Shown in pieces: positions 39,714 through 51,072 of a DNA stretch of 64,000 bases; position 1 is the first letter of the stretch; every line of letters begins with the position of its first letter. The notes beneath the pieces are model-generated. The model made no database searches. It was not told the origin of the DNA and was given only the letters and a program-made list of their open reading frames with translations. The stretch is from Alphaproteobacteria bacterium. Its GTDB lineage: Bacteria; Pseudomonadota; Alphaproteobacteria; Bin95. The stretch is from the NCBI GenBank assembly GCA_963665325.3, contig OZ224045.1:192001-256000 (forward strand), written 5' to 3'. A program made the position numbers and the translations under genes.

Positions 39714-40267
39714 GGTTCGCCCCTCTTCGTCCCCGGCTCGTCCCCGGCGGCCTCAGCCCCGAGGGCCGCTTCATCGACCCATTGCGCAAAGGTGCCTCTG
39801 CGCCAGTCACGCCAGTGGCCTTCCAGGATGCGAAAGCTCATGAGCAGGAACCCGAGCGGCACGACCGCATAGATGAGCGCCATGTTCCACTGGAGAGCCG
39901 GCGAGATGTAGCTGAACCGCATCAGGTGCGCGACCTGCTGCGCGCCCTGCCAGGCGAAGACGAGGTTGATCGTGACCCACAGCAAATCGGCCGCTGGAAT
40001 CATCCAGCCGCGGGCGGCAACGGGTAAGAGGCGGTGAAAGGCGGTCACCCTGATGTGAATCCGCTCCTTCGCGCCGAGAACCGCACCCATATAGACGAGC
40101 CAGATGAACGCGAAGCGGCTGAGTTCTTCCGACCAGGTGAGCGATGCATTGAGAACGAAGCGAAAGAACACCTGCGCCCCCAGGCAGAACACCACGAGGA
40201 CCATCAGGAAGGCGCAGAAGTACTGCTCGAAGTCCCGGTAAACCTGGCCAAGGGCGGAACGCAGCAT
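39710..40267 (-). CDS. dctQ: TRAP transporter small permease
   Basis: QVFFRFVLN.SLTWSEELSR, HIRV, four TM helices. Confidence 0.9.
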   Translation of the reverse strand: MLRSALGQVYRDFEQYFCAFLMVLVVFCLGAQVFFRFVLNASLTWSEELSRFAFIWLVYMGAVLGAKERIHIRVTAFHRLLPVAARGWMIPAADLLWVTINLVFAWQGAQQVAHLMRFSYISPALQWNMALIYAVVPLGFLLMSFRILEGHWRDWRRGTFAQWVDEAALGAEAAGDEPGTKRGEP

Positions 40268-40502
40268 GATTGCCGGTCTTCCTTGAAGACGCTTCCTGAT
40301 GCCCGTTCATCTTGGGCATTTTTCGAGCCGTTGCACAGGCATGATTGCGATGTGGGGGATCGCTGCCGTTCATCTTCCTGTTCGCTTGCGAAGGAAGGTC
40401 CGCCCGATACGGGCTGGGAGGCCCTGCCCTGCTCCCATATTGCGCGTGGCAAGGGCTTCGCTATCATTCCGGCACCGTCCGCATGGCCGAGGGGAGGCGT
40501 CG

Positions 40503-40682
40503 ATGGAACCGCCCGAGACGATTGAGGTCGAGGAGGCCGCGCTTGCCTGCGACGGCGGCGGCGGTGCGCTCGGCCATCCGCGCGTCTACCTTCATCTGGA
40601 CAGCGAAGGCCGGGTCGATTGCCCCTATTGCGGCCGGCGTTTTGTGCTGAAGGACGGAGCCGAACTCCGCACCGCGCATTGA
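40503..40682 (+). CDS. Zinc-finger (zf-CHCC, NDUFS6-like) small protein
   Basis: [16 protein letters not shown]...CPYCGRRF; TTGA overlap with polA. Confidence 0.85.
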   Translation: MEPPETIEVEEAALACDGGGGALGHPRVYLHLDSEGRVDCPYCGRRFVLKDGAELRTAH

Positions 40683-43390
40683 CCGACGAAGCACCGCGGC
40701 ACGTCTTCCTGGTCGACGGCTCCGGCTACATCTTCCGCGCCTTCCACGGTCTGCCGCCGATGACGCGGCCGGACGGCACCCCCGTCAATGCCGTGTACGG
40801 GTTCACGACCATGCTGATGAAGCTGGTCGAGGACACGGATGCCGACCGGATCGCGGTCGTGTTCGATGTTGCCCGGACGACCTTCCGAAACGACATCTAC
40901 GCCGACTACAAGGCGAACCGGTCGGACCCGCCGCCCGAACTCATCCCGCAGTTCGCGCTGATCCGCGAGGCCGTCAGGGCGCTGAACCTCCAGGTCGCCG
41001 AACTGCCCGGCTACGAGGCCGATGACGTTATCGCGACCTATGCCCGCAGCGCGGCGAAAATCGGCGCCGAGGTCACAATCGTCTCCTCCGACAAGGACCT
41101 CATGCAACTCGTCGATGAACGAATTTCTCTGTTCGACCCTGTTAAGCAGCGCAAGATCGGCGAGGCCGAGGTGATCGAGCGCTTCGGCGTGCCGCCGGAG
41201 AAGGTCGTCGACGTACAGGCGCTGGCCGGCGATTCCAGCGACAATGTGCCGGGCGTTCCGGGCATCGGTGTCAAGACGGCCGCGCAGTTGATCGTCGAAT
41301 ACGGAGACCTCGACACGATCCTCGCGCGGGCCGGGGAAATCCGCCAACCGAAGCGGCGCAACAACCTGATCGAATTCGCCGACCAAGCGCGCGTGTCGCG
41401 GGAACTTGTGCTGCTGCGCGACGATGCGCCCGTCGCCGAAGACCTGGACGCTTTTTCCGTCCCCGGCCTGGACCCGGCGCGGTTGCGCCCGTTCCTGGAG
41501 GAGCAGGGCTTTGCCTCGATTCTTGCGCGCCTGGGCGGCGAGGACGAGCAGCCGGCAGCGCCGGTGGAGGCGGACTACGAGCTGGTTACCGACGAGGAGA
41601 CGCTGCGGATCTGGGTCGAAGCCGCATTCGAGGCCGGAATCGTTGCCGTCGACACCGAGACGGACAGCCTGGATGCACAGCGCGCGCGGCTGGTCGGTCT
41701 GTCGCTGGCTGTGGCGCCCGGCAAGGCCTGCTACATCCCTGTCGGCCACAGTCGGACGGCGGAACTGCTGGAAGTCGATGCACCGCCCCAGCTTTCTCCC
41801 GAAACCGCGCTTGCGGTCCTGGGACCGATGCTCGTCTCGGACGCCGTGCTGAAGGTCGGCCAGAACATCAAGTACGATATGAATGTCCTTGCCCAGCATG
41901 GCGTTCGGGTATCGCCGATCGAAGACACGATGATGCTCTCCTATGTGCTGGACGGCTCCAGCCACGGCCACGGCATGGACGAGCTTGCGCGGCTGCACCT
42001 TGGCCATGAGTGCATCGGCTACGAAAGCGTCTGCGGCAAGGGCAAGAACGCCATCACCTTCGACAAGGTGGCGCTCGACAAGGCGCTCGATTACGCGGCC
42101 GAAGACGCCGACATCACGCTCCGGCTGCATGGAATCCTGCGCCCGCGCCTGCGCGAGGAGCGCGTGGCGGCGGTTTACGAGACCATCGAACGGCCGCTGA
42201 TCCCTGTGCTCGTCGACATGGAAAATGCCGGCATCAAGGTCGATGTTGCGGCGCTGAATGCGCTCTCGAAGGACTTTGCGCGCCGTATCGGCGACCTTGA
42301 GGAGGAAATTCACGATCTCGTTGGCCGGTCCTTCAATGTCGGCTCGCCCAAGCAGCTCGGCGAAATCCTGTTCGACGAGATGAGCTTGCCGGGGGGAAAG
42401 AAGGGCAAGACCGGGGCCTACGGAACGGGCGCCGAAGTCCTGGAAGACCTGCGCGCGCAGGGGCACGACCTACCGGCGCGCGTGCTGGACTGGCGTCAGC
42501 TTTCGAAGCTGCGCAGCACCTATACCGAGGCGCTGGCCGCCGCCGCTCATTCCGGCACGCAGCGCGTCCACACTTCGTTTTCCCAGGCGATTGCAGGGAC
42601 AGGGCGGCTTTCGTCCAACGACCCCAACCTCCAGAACATTCCGGTGCGCACCGAGGAAGGCCGGAAGATCCGCCGCGCCTTCGTTGCCGAGCCGGGTCAT
42701 ATGCTCGTCAGCGCCGATTATTCGCAGATCGAATTGCGGTTGCTCGCCCATGTCGCGGAAATCGAACCGCTGCGCGAGGCGTTCCATGCCGGTCTCGACA
42801 TTCACGCCCTCACGGCGTCCCAGGTGTTCGGGGAGCCGGTGGAAGACATGGACCCCATGACCCGCCGCCGCGCCAAGGCGATCAACTTTGGCATCATCTA
42901 CGGCATTTCGGCCTTCGGCCTCTCGCGGCAGCTCGCCATTCCTCAGGGCGAAGCGCGGGCCTATATCGACGCCTATTTCGAGCGTTACCCCGGTATCCGC
43001 GACTATATGGGCCGGGCGCGGGCTTTCGCGCGCAAGAACGGCTATGTGCCGACCATTTTCGGCCGAAAGTGCCGGACACCCCTTATCGCCGAGAAGAACC
43101 CCGCGCGGCGAAGTTTCGCCGAGCGCGCCGCGATCAACGCGCCGCTCCAGGGCTCGGCCGCAGACATCATCAAGCGTGCCATGCTGCGTGTGCCTCCGGC
43201 TCTGACCCGGGCCGGCCTGAATGCGCGAATGATCCTCCAGGTCCACGACGAACTGCTTTTCGAGGTGCCGGAAAGCGAGGTCGAGGAAACCCGCGCCTGC
43301 GTCGCCTCGGCGATGGAGAGCGCTGCGGAACTGGCCGTACCGCTGGTCGTCGAGACCGGAGCGGCCGACAACTGGTCCGACTCGCATTGA
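40679..43390 (+). CDS. polA: DNA polymerase I
   Basis: [12 protein letters not shown] 5'-3' exonuclease, VDTET 3'-5' exonuclease, [40 protein letters not shown]. Confidence 0.97.
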   Translation: MTDEAPRHVFLVDGSGYIFRAFHGLPPMTRPDGTPVNAVYGFTTMLMKLVEDTDADRIAVVFDVARTTFRNDIYADYKANRSDPPPELIPQFALIREAVRALNLQVAELPGYEADDVIATYARSAAKIGAEVTIVSSDKDLMQLVDERISLFDPVKQRKIGEAEVIERFGVPPEKVVDVQALAGDSSDNVPGVPGIGVKTAAQLIVEYGDLDTILARAGEIRQPKRRNNLIEFADQARVSRELVLLRDDAPVAEDLDAFSVPGLDPARLRPFLEEQGFASILARLGGEDEQPAAPVEADYELVTDEETLRIWVEAAFEAGIVAVDTETDSLDAQRARLVGLSLAVAPGKACYIPVGHSRTAELLEVDAPPQLSPETALAVLGPMLVSDAVLKVGQNIKYDMNVLAQHGVRVSPIEDTMMLSYVLDGSSHGHGMDELARLHLGHECIGYESVCGKGKNAITFDKVALDKALDYAAEDADITLRLHGILRPRLREERVAAVYETIERPLIPVLVDMENAGIKVDVAALNALSKDFARRIGDLEEEIHDLVGRSFNVGSPKQLGEILFDEMSLPGGKKGKTGAYGTGAEVLEDLRAQGHDLPARVLDWRQLSKLRSTYTEALAAAAHSGTQRVHTSFSQAIAGTGRLSSNDPNLQNIPVRTEEGRKIRRAFVAEPGHMLVSADYSQIELRLLAHVAEIEPLREAFHAGLDIHALTASQVFGEPVEDMDPMTRRRAKAINFGIIYGISAFGLSRQLAIPQGEARAYIDAYFERYPGIRDYMGRARAFARKNGYVPTIFGRKCRTPLIAEKNPARRSFAERAAINAPLQGSAADIIKRAMLRVPPALTRAGLNARMILQVHDELLFEVPESEVEETRACVASAMESAAELAVPLVVETGAADNWSDSH

Positions 43391-43467
43391 GCCGCGGCGG
43401 CCGCGCCGGCCGGGGATAAGCGTACGGCTCCCTTGCCGGGCAGGCCTTCATCGGTCATAGGTGGCGC

Positions 43468-45987
43468 GTGATGACTGACCGGCAGGATGACGACCGCGAA
43501 GTTGACGAAACACTGGGGGACGCCGAGCGGCAGGCCGCCGTGTTCACCCACACCCGGCGCGCGCGGCGCAAGGAAATCGCGGAAGACTATGTCGAGCTGA
43601 TCGACGACCTGATAGAGGCGAACGGCGAGGCCCGCCTCGTCGAGATCGCGCGCCGCATGGGCGTGACCCATATGACGGCCAGTAAGGCGGTGGCCCGCCT
43701 GCAACGCGACGGGCTGGTGACGACCCGGCCCTACCGCTCGATCTTCCTGACCGGGAAAGGCCGCACGATGGCGCTGCGCTCGCGCCGGCGCCACCAGATC
43801 GTGCTGGACTTCCTGAAGACGATCGGTGTCAGCGATGAGACGGCCAGGCGAGACGCCGAGGGTATCGAGCACCATGTCAGCGAGGAAACGCTGCGGGCCT
43901 TCACGAAGATCAGCGAGGGAGACCCCGCCGCAAGCCCGCCTCGCGCGGAACGGCGGCCGCACAGCATTACCCAGCACGGACAGGAGCGCATCGACCCCTA
44001 TGCCTGGCTCCGCGCGGAAAACTGGCAGGAGGCGATGCGCGATCCCTCCGTTCTGCCCGAGGATATCCGCCGGCATTTGGAGGCCGAGAACGAATACACG
44101 GAAACGGTCATGGCACCCTTGCGCGAGCTGCAGGAGCGGTTGGCGCAGGAGATGCGCGCCAGAATCAAGGAAGACGATACGACGGCCCCGGCTCCCGACG
44201 GGCCGTTTTCCTACTACACCCGGTTCGTGACCGGCGGCGAGCACCCGCTTTTCTGCCGGCAGGACGGCAATGGCGAAGAGACGGTCCTGCTCGACGGCAA
44301 TCTGCTGGCGGAAGGTCATCCCTACTGCCGCATCGCCGCCTGCACGCACAGCCCTGACCACAAGCTGATCGCCTACACGGTCGATCTGTCCGGCTCCGAA
44401 GACTTTACGCTGGCGTTCCGGGACGCCGTCAGCGGCGCGGACCTTGCGGACAGGATCGAACGGACGGCGGGCGTCGTCGTCTGGGCCAGTGACAGCAGCA
44501 CGGTCGTCTATACCGTGCGCGACGACAATGCCCGGCCCCGCTGGGTTTACCGCCGCAGCCTCGGAGGTACGCCCGAGCTCGTTTACGAAGAGCCCGACCC
44601 CGGATTCTTCCTGGACGTAGGAAAGACCCAGAGCGGACGGTTCATCGTCCTGGATTCCCATGACCACACCAGCGGCGAAATCCGCCTCGTCGATGCCGAC
44701 CGGCCCGGGAGCCCGCCGCGGCTGGTGGCCGCCCGGCGACCCGATGTCGAATATTCGCTGGGAGACCAGGAGCAGCAGCTGCTGATCCTCGCCAACGACC
44801 GGGAGGCCGAGGATTTCCGCATTGCCGCGGCCCCGGTCGATGCCCCGGACCCGGCCGCGTGGGAGGACCTGGTACCGCACAAGCCGGGACGCCTAATCCT
44901 GCAATTGATTGTGTTCCGGGACTGGATCGTGCGGCTGGAGCGCGAGGATGGATTGCCCCGGATAGTGGTGCGTGCCGCCGCCTCCGGCGAGGAACACGCT
45001 ATCGCCTTCGACGAAGAGGCCTATTCGCTGGGTATCCTTTCCGGCTTCGAATACGCGACCGACGTGCTGCGTTTCGCCTACTCCTCGCCGACGACGCCGA
45101 CGCATGTCTACGACTATGACATGGCCGGCCGTACGCGCCGGCTGCTGCGCAAACAGGAAGTGCCGAGCGGCCACGACCCCGGGGACTACCGGACCCGGCG
45201 GCTGAACGCGACGGCACCCGACGGCGAGGAAGTGCCCGTCACCCTGCTCTATCGCGCCGACCTCGAATTCTCCCCGCCGCCGCCCTGCCTGCTCTATGGC
45301 TACGGCGCCTACGGCATGTCGATCCCTGCGGGTTTCTCAACTTCGAGGCTCAGCCTCGTCGATCGGGGATTCGTTTATGCCATCGCCCATATCAGGGGCG
45401 GCACGGACCGCGGCTACCGCTGGTACCGAACCGGCAAGCTGGTGGGCAAGACCAACAGTTTCGACGATTTCATCGCCGCAGGACGCCATCTGGCGACCGA
45501 GGGCTTTGCAGGCGGCATCGTCGCCCACGGAGGCAGCGCCGGAGGATTGCTGGTCGGTGCAGCCGCCAATCGCGCGCCGGACCTCTTCAGGGCGGTGCTT
45601 GCGGAAGTGCCATTCGTCGATGTGCTCAACACCATGTCCGATCCGACCTTGCCGCTGACGCCGCCGGAATGGCCGGAATGGGGCAACCCCATAGAGGACG
45701 AGGAGGCGTTCGGGCGCATAGCCGCTTACAGCCCGTACGAAAATGTCGCCGCAACGTCCTATCCCGACATTTTCGCCACGGCGGGCGTTTCGGACCCCCG
45801 GGTCACCTATTGGGAGCCGGCGAAATGGATCGCCGCGCTGCGCGAGACGGCCGAAGGCGATCCCGTGCTATTGTTGCGAACGAACATGGTTGCGGGCCAT
45901 GGCGGCGCATCGGGCCGCTTCGAGACATTGAACGAACTTGCGGAAATATACGCCTTCGCGCTCAGCCGTTTCGGGATAACCGACTAG
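43468..45987 (+). CDS. ptrB: Fusion of manganese-responsive regulator MntR (DtxR family, about aa 1-150) and oligopeptidase B (S9A)
   Basis: EDYVELI, GEAR, RRHQIV, ARRDAEGIEHHVSEETL (E. coli MntR-like); then PPRA...HG..RIDPYAWLR, LYGYGAYG, GGSAGG, DPRV, AGHGG (Ser-Asp-His triad). One open frame. Confidence 0.85.
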   Translation: MMTDRQDDDREVDETLGDAERQAAVFTHTRRARRKEIAEDYVELIDDLIEANGEARLVEIARRMGVTHMTASKAVARLQRDGLVTTRPYRSIFLTGKGRTMALRSRRRHQIVLDFLKTIGVSDETARRDAEGIEHHVSEETLRAFTKISEGDPAASPPRAERRPHSITQHGQERIDPYAWLRAENWQEAMRDPSVLPEDIRRHLEAENEYTETVMAPLRELQERLAQEMRARIKEDDTTAPAPDGPFSYYTRFVTGGEHPLFCRQDGNGEETVLLDGNLLAEGHPYCRIAACTHSPDHKLIAYTVDLSGSEDFTLAFRDAVSGADLADRIERTAGVVVWASDSSTVVYTVRDDNARPRWVYRRSLGGTPELVYEEPDPGFFLDVGKTQSGRFIVLDSHDHTSGEIRLVDADRPGSPPRLVAARRPDVEYSLGDQEQQLLILANDREAEDFRIAAAPVDAPDPAAWEDLVPHKPGRLILQLIVFRDWIVRLEREDGLPRIVVRAAASGEEHAIAFDEEAYSLGILSGFEYATDVLRFAYSSPTTPTHVYDYDMAGRTRRLLRKQEVPSGHDPGDYRTRRLNATAPDGEEVPVTLLYRADLEFSPPPPCLLYGYGAYGMSIPAGFSTSRLSLVDRGFVYAIAHIRGGTDRGYRWYRTGKLVGKTNSFDDFIAAGRHLATEGFAGGIVAHGGSAGGLLVGAAANRAPDLFRAVLAEVPFVDVLNTMSDPTLPLTPPEWPEWGNPIEDEEAFGRIAAYSPYENVAATSYPDIFATAGVSDPRVTYWEPAKWIAALRETAEGDPVLLLRTNMVAGHGGASGRFETLNELAEIYAFALSRFGITD

Positions 45988-46514
45988 CGGCCGCCTCCCA
46001 GATTGCGCTCGAACTGCTCTTTCGTCAGTTCCATTCCGACATAGATGCGGTAAGCCGAAAAGGATGCGTTTTCCTTTACCGGGACATCCAGGACCAGTGG
46101 CTCCGCCCTCGCGGCCTCGGTCCGGCTTCCCTCGAACGCGACCTGCACCGAAAACGCCTTCCGCGCCGCTACGCCGCCCTCGGGATCGACCACCGCAACG
46201 AAATAATCGAAATTCTGCTCGGTCGCCGAGCTGGCGGGGCCGCGCTGCGTGCGGAACACGATGTCGAGGTCGATCGAACCGGTCCTCGTGTCGCCGTCGA
46301 AGCTGCACTCGGCTGCCAGGCTCCCGACATTCGCCCGGAATTCAACATCCGTCAGGTCGCTGCCGCCGCTCCTGAATCTCGTCAGATGCCCCGCATTGTC
46401 GAGAACGCCCACCGTCGGGCAGGGGACGGTCGATCCCTCGAAAACCGAGCACCCGCCCAATACCGAAAGCGCCGCCGCCAATACTGCGGCCCGGGCCGTA
46501 AATCCTCTCGCCAT
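45984..46514 (-). CDS. Hypothetical lipoprotein divergent from ispH
   Basis: Lipobox LGGC; CPTVGVL, RGPA, YFVAV, IYVG. Confidence 0.7.
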   Translation of the reverse strand: MARGFTARAAVLAAALSVLGGCSVFEGSTVPCPTVGVLDNAGHLTRFRSGGSDLTDVEFRANVGSLAAECSFDGDTRTGSIDLDIVFRTQRGPASSATEQNFDYFVAVVDPEGGVAARKAFSVQVAFEGSRTEAARAEPLVLDVPVKENASFSAYRIYVGMELTKEQFERNLGGGR

Positions 46515-46589
46515 CGACTGCCCTCTGGATTAGGTTCGGCGGCGCGCCATGTATGTGCCCAACCTTAGAACGGACCGGAGGACCGCACA

Positions 46590-47540
46590 ATGACAGGAGA
46601 GAAGGCTCCTCTCACCGTCCGCCTCGCCGGTCCGCGCGGCTTTTGCGCCGGGGTGGTCCGCGCGATCCAGGTTGTCGAGGCGGCGCTGGAGCGTCATGGC
46701 GCGCCGGTTTATGTGCGCCACGAAATTGTCCACAATCGTTTCGTTGTAGAGACTTTGCAGGCAAAAGGCGCAGTCTTCGTCGAAGAGCTGGACGAGGTTC
46801 CGAACGATGTGCCAGTCGTGTTTTCGGCGCATGGCGTGCCGAAGTCCGTTCCGGAAGAAGCCCAGCGGCGCGAACTCCACTACATCGACGCCACCTGCCC
46901 GCTGGTGAGCAAGATCCATCGCGAAGCCGAGCGGCATTTCACGGTCGGCAGGCATCTGTTGTTGATCGGGCATGCCGGCCATCCGGAAGTTGTCGGAACG
47001 ATGGGGCAATTGCCGGACGGCGCGGTCCAACTGGTCCAGACCGTCGCCGAAGCCCGGCAGACCGAAGTCCCGGCGGACCGCGAACTCGCCTACGTTACTC
47101 AGACGACACTTTCGGTCGACGACACGGCAGAGATAATCGAAGTGTTGCGCGCACGCTTCCCCGAACTGCACGAACCCAGGCGGGAAGACATTTGCTATGC
47201 CACGACCAATCGTCAGGCAGCGGTCAAGGATGTCGTTTCCGGCGCAGACGCTGCAATCGTGCTGGGTTCCCCGAACTCCTCGAACTCGAATCGACTGGTC
47301 GAAGTGGCCAAGGCGGCCGGATGCCCACGCGCATTCCTGGTGGATAGTGCGGCCCGCATCGACTGGGAAGCGCTTGCGGATGTGAAAGTATTGGCGGTCA
47401 CTGCGGGGGCTTCCGCACCGGAAGTTCTGGTCGAAGAGGTCGTGGAGGCCTGCCGGCAACGCTTCGACGTGACGGTGGAAGAGTGGACGAGCACGGTCGA
47501 GACCGTGAAGTTCAAGCTGCCGCGCGGACTGGCTGCCTGA
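46590..47540 (+). CDS. ispH: 4-hydroxy-3-methylbut-2-enyl diphosphate reductase
   Basis: [48 protein letters not shown]. Confidence 0.96.
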   Translation: MTGEKAPLTVRLAGPRGFCAGVVRAIQVVEAALERHGAPVYVRHEIVHNRFVVETLQAKGAVFVEELDEVPNDVPVVFSAHGVPKSVPEEAQRRELHYIDATCPLVSKIHREAERHFTVGRHLLLIGHAGHPEVVGTMGQLPDGAVQLVQTVAEARQTEVPADRELAYVTQTTLSVDDTAEIIEVLRARFPELHEPRREDICYATTNRQAAVKDVVSGADAAIVLGSPNSSNSNRLVEVAKAAGCPRAFLVDSAARIDWEALADVKVLAVTAGASAPEVLVEEVVEACRQRFDVTVEEWTSTVETVKFKLPRGLAA

Positions 47541-47546
47541 GACGGG

Positions 47547-48464
47547 ATGGCCGTCTATACGCCGGTCGGCGAAGCCGCACTCGAGCGGTTCCTGACCGGT
47601 TACCGGTTGGGCGGCGTGCAGCGCTTCGAACCCATTCCGGAGGGAATCGACAACACCAACTACCTGCTCGAAGTAACTTCGGGCCGTTATGTGCTGACCT
47701 TGTTCGAAAACCGAATTGACCCCGCGGACCTGCCGTTCTTCGTCGATCTGATGGATTACCTGGCCGTTCGCGGCGTGCCCTGCCCTGCCCCGGTGCCTCG
47801 CCGAGACGGAACGAGACTGGCGCAGCTGGCAGGGCGGACGGCGCTGATCGTGACTTTCCTGGAAGGAGAACGCGACCCCGGCGGGCTCCGGGCTATCGGC
47901 GAGGCGCTTGCCCGGCTTCATCTGGCCGGCCAGGGATTCCCTTCGAGACGCGCCAACGATCTGGGCCCGGGAGGATGGCATCGGCTCGCCGCGCTGACAT
48001 CCGGCCGCGCCGACGAGGTGGCGCCCGGATTGGCCCGGCGTATCGCCGAAGCGTTGGCGGAATTGAGCGGGCGCTGGCCCAGGGGTCTTCCGGACGGTGC
48101 CATCCATGCGGACCTCTTTCCTGACAACGCGGTTTTTCGGGATGGAGCGGTTTCGGGAATCTACGATTTCTACTTCGCCTGCACGGATATGTTGGCCTAC
48201 GACCTCGCTATTGCTCAGGTTGCGTGGACCGTGGACCCGGCGGGACGATTCGATGTCCATGCAGCGGCCGAAATGCAGGAAGGCTACGAGGCCGAAAGAC
48301 CGCTCGAACCGGAGGAACTACGTGCGTTGGCGACGCTCAGACGGGGTGCCGCGCTTCGCTTTCTTTTGACCCGGCTGCATGACCGGTTGCACCCCGCGCC
48401 CGCTGCATTGGTGACTCCCAAGGACCCGCTCGAATATCTGCGCAAGCTGGACGGGTTGTCGTGA
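47547..48464 (+). CDS. thrB: Homoserine kinase type II (APH-like)
   Basis: [46 protein letters not shown]. Confidence 0.9.
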   Translation: MAVYTPVGEAALERFLTGYRLGGVQRFEPIPEGIDNTNYLLEVTSGRYVLTLFENRIDPADLPFFVDLMDYLAVRGVPCPAPVPRRDGTRLAQLAGRTALIVTFLEGERDPGGLRAIGEALARLHLAGQGFPSRRANDLGPGGWHRLAALTSGRADEVAPGLARRIAEALAELSGRWPRGLPDGAIHADLFPDNAVFRDGAVSGIYDFYFACTDMLAYDLAIAQVAWTVDPAGRFDVHAAAEMQEGYEAERPLEPEELRALATLRRGAALRFLLTRLHDRLHPAPAALVTPKDPLEYLRKLDGLS

Positions 48465-48904
48465 CCGAAGTCGAAATCTTTACCGACGGCGCCTGCCTGG
48501 GCAATCCGGGCCCCGGCGGCTGGGCGGCTCTGCTGCGCTGCGGCGCGCAGGAGTCGGAACTGGCCGGCGGCGACCCCCATACCACCAACAACCGCATGGA
48601 GTTGATGGCGGCTATTGCGGGTCTCGAAGCGCTTACCAGGCCCTGTTCCGTGAGGCTGACGACAGACAGCCGGTATGTCCTGGACGGCATCCAATCCTGG
48701 TTGCCGGCATGGAAGCGCAATGGCTGGCGCACCGCAGCCAGGAAGCCGGTGAAGAATATCGACCTGTGGCAGAGGCTCGATACGGCGTCGGCCCGCCACG
48801 AGATCGAGTGGCATTGGGTCCGCGGCCATGCCGGCCACGCCGAGAACGAGCGGGTAGACGCCCTCGCGCGGCAGCAGGCCGAACGCGAGGGCGTCGAACT
48901 CTAG
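48461..48904 (+). CDS. rnhA: Ribonuclease HI
   Basis: [41 protein letters not shown]. Confidence 0.96.
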   Translation: MTEVEIFTDGACLGNPGPGGWAALLRCGAQESELAGGDPHTTNNRMELMAAIAGLEALTRPCSVRLTTDSRYVLDGIQSWLPAWKRNGWRTAARKPVKNIDLWQRLDTASARHEIEWHWVRGHAGHAENERVDALARQQAEREGVEL

Positions 48905-49383
48905 AGCTGTTCGAGAATCTTCTCGGCGCTGGAAACTTCGAAGGCCCCGCCGTCCTCCAGGTTCAGGTGCGTGACCGTGCCGTCGTCCACGATCATCGAA
49001 TAGCGGCGCGCGCGCACGCCGAGTCCGAGGCCGCTCAGGTCCAGTTCGACTCCCATCGCCTTGGCAAGGTCGCCACTGCCGTCGGCGAGCATACGGACCT
49101 TGCCCGCGGCGCCCCGTTGCTCGCCCCAGGCGCCCATGACGAACGCATCGTTGACCGCGAAGCAAACGATGTCGTCCACCCCCTTCTCCCGGATTGCCTC
49201 GGCCTTATCGACGAAACCCGGCAGATGTCTTGCCGAGCATGTCGGCGTGAAGGCGCCCGGTACGCAGAAGGCAACGACCTTCCTGCCGCCGAAAAGGTCT
49301 GCGGTGTCGACGTTTTGCGGCCCGCCGTCGGTCATTTCCTTCAAGGTCGCCGCCGGAACCTTGTCTCCCTTGGCAATCGTCAT
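48901..49383 (-). CDS. Peroxiredoxin (Prx5 family)
   Basis: [34 protein letters not shown]. Confidence 0.93.
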   Translation of the reverse strand: MTIAKGDKVPAATLKEMTDGGPQNVDTADLFGGRKVVAFCVPGAFTPTCSARHLPGFVDKAEAIREKGVDDIVCFAVNDAFVMGAWGEQRGAAGKVRMLADGSGDLAKAMGVELDLSGLGLGVRARRYSMIVDDGTVTHLNLEDGGAFEVSSAEKILEQL

Positions 49384-49524
49384 GCCTTGCTACTCCTCGC
49401 ATTGGATGGCGCACCATAGAAACCCTCTTCGCCCGTGCAAAGCAGCGGATTGAGGACAGGTCGAACTGGACTGCCTGGCGGCCTGTCTTCTATAACGACG
49501 GGGTCGAATTGGCCGGAGGCGCTT

Positions 49525-50478
49525 ATGCCGGATTCGGTGCCGGCGGGCGTAGCGGACCGCGGGAAATTCCAAGACCCCAAGTTTACTGCGGACGGCAGCC
49601 GCCGCGCCAGGGTCGCGCTACGCAGGCTCGAAACGTTGTGGATCAACACCGGCACGCTCTGCAACCTCGCCTGCCGCAACTGCTATATCGAGTCGAGCCC
49701 ACGCAACGACCGCCTTGCCTATATCCGCGCGGACGAGACGGCGGCATATCTCGACGAGATCGCCAGAGCCGGCACCGGCACCCGGGTTATCGGTTTCACC
49801 GGCGGCGAACCGTTCATGAATCCGGAGTTCATGGCCATGCTGGCGGACGCGCTCGAACGCGGTTTCGAGACATTGACGCTGACCAACGCGATGCGCCCGA
49901 TGATGAAGCATCGCGAAGCGCTGCTGGCGCTGAGAGCCCTGCACAGCGAGCGGCTTCGTATCCGGGTCTCGCTGGACCACTACACCGAGGCCCTGCACGA
50001 GACGGAGCGCGGCGAACGCAGCTGGGCGCCGGCATTGGCCGGGCTGTCGTGGCTCGACGGGAACGGGTTCGCTCCGGAAGTCGGGGCCCGCACCTGCTGG
50101 GGAGAGGACGAAGCCTCCACACGCGCCGGCTATGCACAGCTGTTCGCAACGCTCGGCCTGACCTGCAATGCCGACAACCCGATTGCGCTTACGCTCTTTC
50201 CCGAAATGGACGAAGGCGCTCCCGTGCCCGAGATCACCGCCGGTTGCTGGGCGACGCTCGGCAAGTCGCCTGCGGATGTCATGTGTTCATCCTCCCGCAT
50301 GATTGTGAAGCGCCGGGGCGCGATGAGGCCCGCTGTCGTTGCCTGCACCCTCCTGCCCTACGACCACCGCTTCGAGCTTGGCGAGACGCTGTCCGAAGCT
50401 GCAGGGCCGGTGTCCCTGAACCATGTGCATTGCGCCAGGTTCTGCGTGCTCGGCGGTGGAGCCTGCGGCGGCGCGTGA
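49525..50478 (+). CDS. Radical SAM protein of unknown function
   Basis: CNLACRNC, FTGGEPF, LTNA, RVSLDH; C-terminal MCSSSRM, ACTLL, HCARFCVLGGGAC. Confidence 0.85.
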   Translation: MPDSVPAGVADRGKFQDPKFTADGSRRARVALRRLETLWINTGTLCNLACRNCYIESSPRNDRLAYIRADETAAYLDEIARAGTGTRVIGFTGGEPFMNPEFMAMLADALERGFETLTLTNAMRPMMKHREALLALRALHSERLRIRVSLDHYTEALHETERGERSWAPALAGLSWLDGNGFAPEVGARTCWGEDEASTRAGYAQLFATLGLTCNADNPIALTLFPEMDEGAPVPEITAGCWATLGKSPADVMCSSSRMIVKRRGAMRPAVVACTLLPYDHRFELGETLSEAAGPVSLNHVHCARFCVLGGGACGGA

Positions 50479-50519
50479 GGTTGTTCGAACTTCGGGATCG
50501 GTCGTTTCGGATTGACGCC

Positions 50520-50549
50520 TTGACTTGGTTGCCTGGGCGACCATATGTT
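50520..50549 (+). promoter_or_regulatory. Putative sigma70 promoter with a palindromic operator between -35 and -10, upstream of the MarR gene
   Basis: TTGACT (50520-50525), inverted repeat TGGTTGCC-TG-GGCGACCA (50526-50543, 7/8 match), TATGTT (50544-50549). Confidence 0.5.
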
Positions 50550-50592
50550 GGCATAAAGTCTCCTAGGTAACTAAATTCAGGTCTCCAATCAC

Positions 50593-51072
50593 ATGGAAGA
50601 CGAACGCTTTTTCGGCTTTCTGGTCTCGGATGTTGCCCGCTTGCTGCGCACGGAGTTCGACCGCCGGGTGCGGGATTTGGGTCTCACGCGGTCGCAGTGG
50701 CTGGCGCTCACCCGCATTTTCCGCCAACCCGGCTGCACGCAGTCGGAACTGGCCGAGACCCTGGAGATGGAAAAGGGCCCGGCGGGGCGCCTGATCGACC
50801 GGCTTGAGGACAACGGGTTCGTGGAGCGCAAGGCTGACCCGACGGACCGACGCGTCAATCGGATCCATCTGACGGCGGAGGCCGAGGCGATCGAACGCAC
50901 GATGCGCGAGATCGCTCTCCAGACGATTCACGAAGCCCTGAGCGATCTCGACGAAGCCGAGCGCGACAAGGCTGTCGAGGTGCTGATTACCGTCAAGGCT
51001 CGTTTGCAGGAAATGCTCCAGAACAGTAACCAAGCCGCTAATGCGGCCGACCGACAGATGGCAGCCCAATGA
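50593..51072 (+). CDS. MarR/SlyA family transcriptional regulator
   Basis: GLTRSQW, TQSELAETLE, RLIDRLE..GFVER..DPTDRR. Confidence 0.92.
   Translation: MEDERFFGFLVSDVARLLRTEFDRRVRDLGLTRSQWLALTRIFRQPGCTQSELAETLEMEKGPAGRLIDRLEDNGFVERKADPTDRRVNRIHLTAEAEAIERTMREIALQTIHEALSDLDEAERDKAVEVLITVKARLQEMLQNSNQAANAADRQMAAQ

Noticed and set aside
40447-40462. Second sigma54-like motif TGGCAAGGGCTTCGCT upstream of the zinc-finger/polA genes
   Set aside because: Weak -12 element (TCGC) and an implausible target; likely chance in GC-rich DNA.
40503-43390. Zinc-finger gene coupled to polA as a novel association
   Set aside because: From recall this is common alphaproteobacterial synteny; nothing unusual is visible here.
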